This document shows, piece by piece, positions 48,201 through 56,800 of a stretch of 64,000 nucleotides of DNA. Numbering within the stretch: the stretch's first letter is position 1; each line of letters starts with the position of its first letter. A program made the position numbers and the translations under genes. Below the pieces are notes generated by a model that saw only the letters and a list, made by a program, of their open reading frames with translations, was not told where the DNA came from and did not search any database. Source of the stretch: a virus. Where the stretch lies: IMG/VR virus record IMGVR_UViG_3300044530_000662, positions 1 to 64,000 of that record, one strand, 5' to 3'.

Positions 48201-51197
48201 TTATAAGTATTCTACTTGTCCTCCATTTGCAATGAAGTCTGCTAATTCTTCTTCTGTCATATCTACTATAGCACCTTCAGTATAATTTGAAGATCCTCCT
48301 TGTTGAGCAGATCTACTTCCCCAGTTCTGACCTTGTTCATCTGGTCTATATAGTCCTTTATCAGTTCCTGAAATTACATAATCTCCACGGTCTCTACTTG
48401 GATCAGAAGCATAAAGATTATCAGCTGTAAGATTTTCATACATCTTAGCTTGTCTCTTATTATTTTTTGCTCTATCTATAAAACCAGCTAAACCTTCTAT
48501 ACCAGCATTTGCTGAAAGAATGGCTCCTTGATTATCACCTAACCATTGCTTTTTATTTTTGTAATCTACAGAGTATTCATCTGGTTCATAGTTAGCTTCT
48601 TCTTGTAGTTTTTTTCTGCTATCCATCATTAACTCTTGTCCAACTTCTTTACTACTTCTTGTTGGTAAAGTAAGTTTACTATTAGCTGGATTGTTTTCCA
48701 TACTTACAGGAGTTTCATCACCTAGTAAAGCTTGTGGTAAAAATCTATTTAAACCACCATATTGATTTTTACCTAAAAAGGCTTTAGAAGGATCTATAAC
48801 CCTAGCTGGTGTATTATTTACAGGTTCTCTTTTTTCTACCTGATTAGCTTTTAAACCAGGTCCATAATATTGAGCACCTACACCAGGAGTATCTTGATAT
48901 GACCAGTTTCTATTTTTAGCTTGTTGCATATACTCAAGATTACCTAATCTAGGTGTAGTATCAGTAGTTTCTGGAAATTCTTCTTCTCCTCTACCTACTT
49001 CTCTAGCAGTTCTTCTTTCACCTTGTCTTATTTGTCTTTGAGCACTATTAGATAAACCTTCTGTATTTGAGAATTTTCTTTGTTCATCTTTTGTTTTAGG
49101 TGCTTGTTCTTTAGATTTAGCGGCAGCTTTTGATGTACTATCTTGAGTAAATGAATTTGTACCAGCAAGTCTTCTATCTTCAGGTTTACCAGAAGGATTA
49201 TTGTTATAAGTAACTGTGTAGTTTTTAGGTCTTCCAAAAACACCTGTCTTAGTTACATTGATATCTTTAATTAAAGCATTAGGATTGTACCCTGGCATAT
49301 TAGCAAACTGTTGACCAGTAGCTTTGTTATAAGCAGGACGCATCATTTTTGAATAATAACCTCTTTGTGGTAAGTTTGCTGGGAAATAGTTTCTCATCAT
49401 AGCTCCCCAGAATCCACCACCAAACTGTGCTTCTGGCATATAAGGATCTGATGTATCTTTAGAATACATATCATCTATGTCTTCTTGAGATATCTCTTCA
49501 TCACCACCAGACATAAATCTTTGAAGATTTCCAAATTGATCTGGCATAGGATTATCTATAACTCCACCTTGTTGTTTTTTATTTAATGAATTACCAACAA
49601 ACTTTGTTCCATCCCATACATCTGTATTCCTATAATATCCGGGATTACCTGTTACCCTCATTAGATAATCACTATTGGTCTCACCAACTTTAGGTGGATT
49701 TTTTCCAAATAGTTCAGTAACAGCTTCAGGAACATTACTTTTTTCTTGAGTAGTTGTAGAAGCAGGAGAAGTTCCCCAAGTTCCAGCATCTCCAGCAGCT
49801 GTTGCAGCAGCTCTCATTTCTTCTAATGTTGGTACACCAGCTGATTTAGCTGTAGCATCTGTACCTGTTGCTTTTGCAACTTCTTTGGTTGCTTCATTAT
49901 TAATAGTGGTTCTTACCTTTTCAGTAATTAATTTTCCTGGAGTTTTTGTAGTTTTAGCTTTATATCCATAACCATAAGCCTGTGATAATAAAGGATTATT
50001 TGCTAATTGTACTAATGGATTTTCTCCAAACTCTACAGTATATTCTTTTGGACCACCAAAGATACCTGTTTTACGTACATCAAACTTTGTTATAGGGCCC
50101 ATCATACCTGGTGCTCCACCAGGAAGATGTTTAATAGCTCTATTCATTCTTCTCATAGCTCTTCTTTGTTGACCACCAAACTGCATTTCATCCATACCTT
50201 CATAGTCTTCTGGTATAAATTGTTGTAGCTGAGGTTGAGGCATCATCATTTGTTGATGCATAGCTTGCATTTGCTCAAATTGTTTTTCTGCTTCTTCTTT
50301 AGCAATAGCCATATTGCCTTCTTTCTTAATAGAGCCAACAAAAGCATCAAGTCTATTTTTTCTTAAATCATCTCCTCTAGGATCAGCATCAGAAGCTTTT
50401 ACATCTGCTTCAGAATCTTCACCTCCCATTTGTTTTTTGACAAGTTTTAAAACAGAGTTGACATAACCTTTTTTAGTTTTAAAACCACCCATTTTAAATT
50501 CTTCTGGATCAACTGCAGGATCAACATAATCTGCTGAAGACTGTTCATCTATAGCTTCTTCTGATTCTTCAGGACTAGCCCAAGCAATATCAGCAGCAGC
50601 ATTAGATAAATACTGCTCCATTCCGGACGGTAAATATTCTGATACATCAGGGAATACAATTTGTTGTTGAGGACCAGACCAAGTGTTACCATCATTATTC
50701 ATTTCATTGAGGTAATCTTCTTCTCCGCCATCTTGATATCTTGGTGTACCACCATATCTCATCATGTCTTCATCACCAAGATCCATTACATCTATCTCTT
50801 CATCATCCATAGCAAGATCTGTGTTACCTCTAATCTTGCTCATAGGTTTATTCTCATTAAGAACTTCTTCTTCTACTTGTTCTTGAGCTTCTTCCTCTGA
50901 GTTATCTTCTTCTTCTTCTTCGGGTTCATCTTGATCAATTTTATTCTGAAGTATACCATATACTTGTTGGACATACTGATTAGCCATAGCTGGATCCAAG
51001 TTATATGCATTAACAAGTTTAGCAACAATAGCTCCTTCAGGAACTTCATTACTTATGTCTTGGTAAATAATTTGCATTAACTGTTCTTCTCCTGATGCTT
51101 GTTGTTCTTGAGCTTGTGCACCCGGATATCCTAATTGTTCAATAGATGGTTGACCACCTTCTTGAGCTTTATAAAGTCTTACTCTTCTTTTTTCCAT
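48201..51197 (-). CDS. Low-complexity cargo-type protein, 998 aa, with many xQxGG motifs
   Basis: AQEGG, YQDGG, KQMGG, MQFGG, KQQGG, AQFGG, NQYGG, AQQGG; acidic, probably disordered. Confidence 0.7.
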   Translation of the reverse strand: MEKRRVRLYKAQEGGQPSIEQLGYPGAQAQEQQASGEEQLMQIIYQDISNEVPEGAIVAKLVNAYNLDPAMANQYVQQVYGILQNKIDQDEPEEEEEDNSEEEAQEQVEEEVLNENKPMSKIRGNTDLAMDDEEIDVMDLGDEDMMRYGGTPRYQDGGEEDYLNEMNNDGNTWSGPQQQIVFPDVSEYLPSGMEQYLSNAAADIAWASPEESEEAIDEQSSADYVDPAVDPEEFKMGGFKTKKGYVNSVLKLVKKQMGGEDSEADVKASDADPRGDDLRKNRLDAFVGSIKKEGNMAIAKEEAEKQFEQMQAMHQQMMMPQPQLQQFIPEDYEGMDEMQFGGQQRRAMRRMNRAIKHLPGGAPGMMGPITKFDVRKTGIFGGPKEYTVEFGENPLVQLANNPLLSQAYGYGYKAKTTKTPGKLITEKVRTTINNEATKEVAKATGTDATAKSAGVPTLEEMRAAATAAGDAGTWGTSPASTTTQEKSNVPEAVTELFGKNPPKVGETNSDYLMRVTGNPGYYRNTDVWDGTKFVGNSLNKKQQGGVIDNPMPDQFGNLQRFMSGGDEEISQEDIDDMYSKDTSDPYMPEAQFGGGFWGAMMRNYFPANLPQRGYYSKMMRPAYNKATGQQFANMPGYNPNALIKDINVTKTGVFGRPKNYTVTYNNNPSGKPEDRRLAGTNSFTQDSTSKAAAKSKEQAPKTKDEQRKFSNTEGLSNSAQRQIRQGERRTAREVGRGEEEFPETTDTTPRLGNLEYMQQAKNRNWSYQDTPGVGAQYYGPGLKANQVEKREPVNNTPARVIDPSKAFLGKNQYGGLNRFLPQALLGDETPVSMENNPANSKLTLPTRSSKEVGQELMMDSRKKLQEEANYEPDEYSVDYKNKKQWLGDNQGAILSANAGIEGLAGFIDRAKNNKRQAKMYENLTADNLYASDPSRDRGDYVISGTDKGLYRPDEQGQNWGSRSAQQGGSSNYTEGAIVDMTEEELADFIANGGQVEYL

Positions 51198-51241
51198 GTA
51201 ATTACTTATATATTAAATATAATAAATTTTATTTTAACAGG

Positions 51242-51258
51242 TAAACTTAATAAGTTTA
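51242..51258. promoter_or_regulatory. TAAAC-N7-GTTTA palindrome (copy 2)
   Basis: TAAACTTA-A-TAAGTTTA overlapping the stop codon of the upstream gene. Confidence 0.4.
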
Positions 51259-53892
51259 GTCTACATATTCTATTACCCAACCTCCTTTTTTGTATTCATC
51301 TATTTCTTCTGGAGTAAGATCTAATTCTATAAAGTTATTTACATCACCTCCTTTTGCATAACCTGTAGCATCAAGTATAGTTTTTGAATAATAAGGATCG
51401 GGTCTTGATAAAAAATCTGTGGGTGCAGTTATACTATTTAAAAAACCTTCTTTAGTAGCTTGCATTCTTGTTGGTATTGAATAACCTTTTTTTCTAAGAT
51501 CTTCAACAGTTATATTATTTTTCTTTATAAATTGTTTAGCCTCATCATCCATATCACTGTATGGATCATAAGTTAATGCAGCAGTTGCGGCACCTGCACC
51601 ACCTACTACAGGTATTGCTTTACCAAATTTTTCAGCAACATTTTGTAAACCAGCTCCTGTAGTTGACCATTGAAATTCATTGTTTAATAGCTTTTGCTTA
51701 TTAATATCTACATATCTATTTGAAAAAGGTAGTCTTCTATTTAAAGATACACCTTCATCTAATAAAGATACTTCAGTTAATGGATTACCTGTAGTCTTAG
51801 ATTGTAAAGGAGTTAAAGCATTTTTTTTATTAAAAGTTCTTCCCATAAAACCTTGTCTCATAGGATCTCCAAGAACTATATCAGAATTATCTACTGCATC
51901 ATCAAACTTTGCAGCATATATATCAGTATTAGTTCTATTCATTTTAGTAGTTATTGGATCAGCTTGTCCTTTACCTATTACATTTTTTGCTTTTCCTATA
52001 ATACCTTGTTGTTCAACAAGATTACCATTCTTAATATTCTTATTAATTACATTACCTAAAGGCTTAACAGCTCCTTCTAATTTTTTACCATAACCAGGTA
52101 CATAATTTAAAGGACTAATTTTATTTAAAGTTTTATTAAGAACACCCATAGATGGTGAAACATATGCTTGGTCTAATAAATTAGCTCCTACTTTATTTGA
52201 AGGCCCTACTGCATTTTTTAATAACTCTGGAGAAATACCTGCATTTAATGTACCACTGGTATTTTTAGTAGGTATTGTTTTAGCTACATTACTAATATTT
52301 TTAGTTTTATCACCAAGTTTGGATAAACTACTAATTCCTTTAGTACCAATATTTGTTAAACCTTTTAAATCAGTTCCGGCCATAAATGCTTCACCTAAAT
52401 TTAAAGCTGCTTGTCCATAATTGCCTTTATTTGCATTTACTGCAGAAGATGTTGCATAAGAAGCAGGATTAATTATATTAACTAAATCATTAATTGGATT
52501 ATTATCAGCACCTGTTATTTTTTTATAATATTGCTGATTAGTATTTTGATCATCTCTCAAAGCACCAGATTGACCCATTAAAGGTCTATTACCAGACATA
52601 GCATTAGCACCTGTAAGTATAGGATCTGCCATAAATGCACTTACAGCATTTCCTGTTTTTTGTAAAATACCTGCATTGTCATAAGCTTTTTGTTCATTTT
52701 GTTTAAACTCTTCTAGCTTATTCTCATCTATTTTTTTTAAAAAATTAGGATCTGTTGTTAAAGCTTCTCTTGTAAGTTGCTCTAAAGATTTAGTATTATC
52801 TTTTGCAAAATATTTATCTTTTAATAATCTAGCTGCATCACCAGATGTTACTAAAGAATTAACTTTATTATCAAACTCTTTTAAATTATCAGATAAAGAC
52901 AAAGGTTTATCTAAACTGTTTTCTATATGTTGTACTTTTGGAATACTACTATTACTATTTACTTTTTGTATTTCAGTAGTTTTTTTAGCTACTGGAGGAT
53001 TCTTTAATGTTTTTATAGCAGCTGCTTTTTTTGTTGAATCTAAAGGATCAATACTTTTTTTAGTTTCTTGAGGAGCTGTAAAAAAATTACTTACACAAGA
53101 TTTAGAATTACTATCCCAACGGTAACCTTGAGGACAAGTATTTTTTTGTAAACCTGTTTGTGCTTTTATTAACTCTGGTACAGATATATCTTCTACTACA
53201 TAACCACCATCTTTGTATGCTTGTATCTCTTCAGGGGTAAGATCTAACTCAATGAAGTCATTAACATCTCCTCCATTTTGTTTTTTAGTCATAGGATCAA
53301 ATCCATTAACAAAAGCATTATAGTTTACTCTATTATCTCTTAATGGTAAATTAGGTATACCACCTACATTAAAGTTATCTCTATTACCAATAAAGTTCTG
53401 AGATACTCCAGTACCTAAAGGCATACCATATTCTCCACCTGATGCATAATACTTAGCATTAGGATCAAATACTTTTCTTTTTTTATCCTTTGGTTTTTTA
53501 AATAAATTATTCTCAGTAAATAATTTATTAGTAGCATCTAAGCTTCTAGAGTATGCTTTAGATGCTAAACCTTTTTTACTAGGTTTAGGCATAACAACTA
53601 ATTTTTTCATATAACCTCCTCTTTTCATCTGAGGATATTCATCAACATAGTCTGCTTCAGGAAACATATATTCTTGACCTGGATACATCATCTGTGGTTG
53701 ACCTACGTTAGGTTGTGCATATACAGGATATGGTACTCCTTGCATAGTTATATTACCACCAGGTATTCTTGTATTTTGTCCAGGAAATTTCCATTGTCCT
53801 GCAGGATCATAGATTATGTCCTTTGATTTTTTAGGAGCTTTGGCTTTAGTCAACTCCTTAGTTGCTTTTTGTAATATTCTGCTGTTACCCAT
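51256..53892 (-). CDS. Cargo-type protein, 878 aa, with a duplicated GG..ELDLTPEE..GG module
   Basis: Module at ~53190-53275 and ~51259-51350; further xxxGG motifs. Confidence 0.7.
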   Translation of the reverse strand: MGNSRILQKATKELTKAKAPKKSKDIIYDPAGQWKFPGQNTRIPGGNITMQGVPYPVYAQPNVGQPQMMYPGQEYMFPEADYVDEYPQMKRGGYMKKLVVMPKPSKKGLASKAYSRSLDATNKLFTENNLFKKPKDKKRKVFDPNAKYYASGGEYGMPLGTGVSQNFIGNRDNFNVGGIPNLPLRDNRVNYNAFVNGFDPMTKKQNGGDVNDFIELDLTPEEIQAYKDGGYVVEDISVPELIKAQTGLQKNTCPQGYRWDSNSKSCVSNFFTAPQETKKSIDPLDSTKKAAAIKTLKNPPVAKKTTEIQKVNSNSSIPKVQHIENSLDKPLSLSDNLKEFDNKVNSLVTSGDAARLLKDKYFAKDNTKSLEQLTREALTTDPNFLKKIDENKLEEFKQNEQKAYDNAGILQKTGNAVSAFMADPILTGANAMSGNRPLMGQSGALRDDQNTNQQYYKKITGADNNPINDLVNIINPASYATSSAVNANKGNYGQAALNLGEAFMAGTDLKGLTNIGTKGISSLSKLGDKTKNISNVAKTIPTKNTSGTLNAGISPELLKNAVGPSNKVGANLLDQAYVSPSMGVLNKTLNKISPLNYVPGYGKKLEGAVKPLGNVINKNIKNGNLVEQQGIIGKAKNVIGKGQADPITTKMNRTNTDIYAAKFDDAVDNSDIVLGDPMRQGFMGRTFNKKNALTPLQSKTTGNPLTEVSLLDEGVSLNRRLPFSNRYVDINKQKLLNNEFQWSTTGAGLQNVAEKFGKAIPVVGGAGAATAALTYDPYSDMDDEAKQFIKKNNITVEDLRKKGYSIPTRMQATKEGFLNSITAPTDFLSRPDPYYSKTILDATGYAKGGDVNNFIELDLTPEEIDEYKKGGWVIEYVD

Positions 53893-56800
53893 TACCTTGG
53901 AGAGTATTGATTTTTACTATCTACTGTTTTTAATATCATATTGACATTACCAGATATTTCTTTTCTTAAAGATAAGAAATGTGTATAGTGTCTAAACTTC
54001 TTTCTTTGAAGTTGAGCTTTATTATAGTCTATATTTACTAAGTTAAGTTCTCTTGTGTAACCATCAGGTTTACTATTCCAAATTAACTGTTGTACATAGT
54101 TACCTAATAATACAGTTGTGTTAGGTACAAGAGGTCCTTGTGGAGGATAACCGGCACCAACTGGAAACTCACCTCTATTGTTTGTTACATCCCAGAATTG
54201 ATTAAACCTGTATTTGTTTTCTTCTTTAGAAAATAATATATCAAATCCAGGAACACCAGTAACACTAGGTAATCCAGTAACAGGATTAGTAAATATCATT
54301 GGTATTGAAGGATTAAACTTAGGATAGTTTAAACTCAATACTATATTGTTCTTAGGGAATATATTTAAGTTTAAGTATCCGGAAACTTGTTCTGAATTAT
54401 AAATTACAGCATTGTCAAAGTTAAAGTCTAATACATGAAACTGGTCAACACAATTACTAGCTCTTGTATAACATTCTAGTATATACTCAAATGATTTTAC
54501 AACAGTAGGAGTTTGCCCAGTAATAATAGGGAACTCAATTTCAAATGGATAATTAACACCATAGTAGTTACAGTACTGTTGACAATTAAAATTATGTTTC
54601 CATATAGTCTCCATCTTAGTAGTTAAGAATACTGTTTTAGTTGGTATAACTAAATCTGGATGCCAGTCATGATATGATATCCAAAATTCATTTTTTGGAT
54701 CATAACTTATTGTCCATGAAGCACTGTCAAATAGTTTTGGATCTCCAATTAAATAACGTCCAGCACCATCTAATGTAAAGTAATCTCCTGTTCCTTTTTG
54801 TACAGCTGCTCCATTTGAATTAACATAACACTCTTTTACAAAAGGAATATATTCTACTCTATCAGCTAGTTCTGGTTTAACATCATAATCTTTTTTACAG
54901 AAATACAATATAGAGTTTTCATTATCATATACTGCTTGGATGCCAATACCTGCTACTGGATTATCTTGCCATTCATAATTTGGAAAATGTTGTGTTAATT
55001 TATATTTTAAAAATAATGAGAACCACCATTTTAAACCTATCTGAGATATCTCTTTTAAACCTTCACCATAACTAAATATTTTACCTTGGTTTTGTGACAC
55101 ATAAAAAAGTCCAGCAGGTGTAGACACAACAGATAATCTATTTTGAGAAGAACCATACTCATATGGTTTATCTGCATTAGATACAGATTGTCCAGGTTGA
55201 CTAAATAAACCTCCGTCACCTATAGTAATCTTAGTTCCAAGAGCTGTATTAAGTGTATCAACACCTTGAAACATTTGAGGCATATCATTTTTAAACGTGA
55301 TAAATAAACCACTTTTATTAATAGATTTTACACCAGAGATTTGAGACTTAAATTCTCTATAGTTATTTGCTAAATATACAAACCAACTATCTTTAAATGA
55401 TTGATCTTGTTGTGGTAATGAATAGTATATTGTGTCTGGTAAGTATGTGTAACAAAGTTTAGCTACAGCAGGATTATAATAAGGACTCTGTAAGGCACCA
55501 GAAGAAAAGTATTCTGTAAACAGTTTACTTATACTTAATGAGTAATCATATCTGTATGTATTACCTCTAGTAATGTTTTGAGGATCAATATCAAACATTC
55601 TTGTTAACTCTGTATAGTTATATGGGTTATAATGTTTTTCCCATTCATAATCACCAGCAATTCTAAAATCTACAAGTACATCTGATTCTACAAAGAAATC
55701 TCTTACAGAAGAACATGCTAAATAAAAGTTAGCATTTTTTGCTCTAAACAAACCTGGGTAACCACCAATAGGAAAGTCACTTGAATAACTATAATACCTT
55801 GATGAGTTTTTATAATAATCTAAATTATAGAAACTGGTTGGTAAATCTCCTGTTCCTGGAGTTGTATTACCATTTGCAAAATCTGGAGCTAAATCTGATA
55901 CATCATAATCTTTTGAATTCATCCAGAATCTTGGTTGCGGAATCATTTGACGCAATAAGTAATTAAACTCAAATCCATCAGGTTGACCAAATAACCAGTC
56001 ATAGAAAAAGAACATACTATTCTTTTCTGTATATCTATTTACAAAAGTATCACCTCCAAAAAATACAGGTGATTGTCTTATTCTTTTGATTTTTGTATCT
56101 ACATTACAAGCAGCACATTTTGTACTTGCACCTGGTGTATCTTCTAATTGTCCTAAACTAAACTTCTGTTCACATGGAGTAATTACAATTTGTTTAACTC
56201 CTTGCAATTGACCATATTGATTTCCAAGTCTAATTTTCATACCAGCATAATGACTGGCAATAGGTGCTTGAAAAGGTGTATCAGTTTTTGTAAATGTTGG
56301 GATGTCTAAACTTGACCCAGTAATATTAGCTAAGGTGTCAGTTTTAATAATTCCATTTTGATTTAATCTACCTAGTGTTGTTAATGATTGATCTACATAA
56401 CTTACACCAGTTGGTTCAGTAATATAATTAGGACCAATAACATTATTATATAAAGGACCTGCATAGTTAGGACCAGCCTTTGTTCTTATTACAACTGTAT
56501 CAGATCTATTAAGGTTGTTTATACTATAGCTTGTGAGAGCATTATTATATTTATAATATGAAGGAACTTGTTGTATGTTACCTCTAATGTAAAAGCTATC
56601 TTCTATTTTAAATCTAAATAATCCATTAGCTGCATTGTTGCGTCTCATATCATCATAGAAACCATGAGCAATCATTTGTAATGCAAATTGATCTTCAGGT
56701 ATAAAAGCTTTTATTAAAGTTAATGTTGTTCTAGCACCTTCACTAAAATAAAATAATAATTGATTAGTTGCACCAAGTGCTCTACTAAAAGGATCTAAAT

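Noticed and set aside
51259-53275. DGR template/variable repeat pair
   Set aside because: Differences between the two copies are mostly synonymous and not confined to adenines; no reverse transcriptase seen
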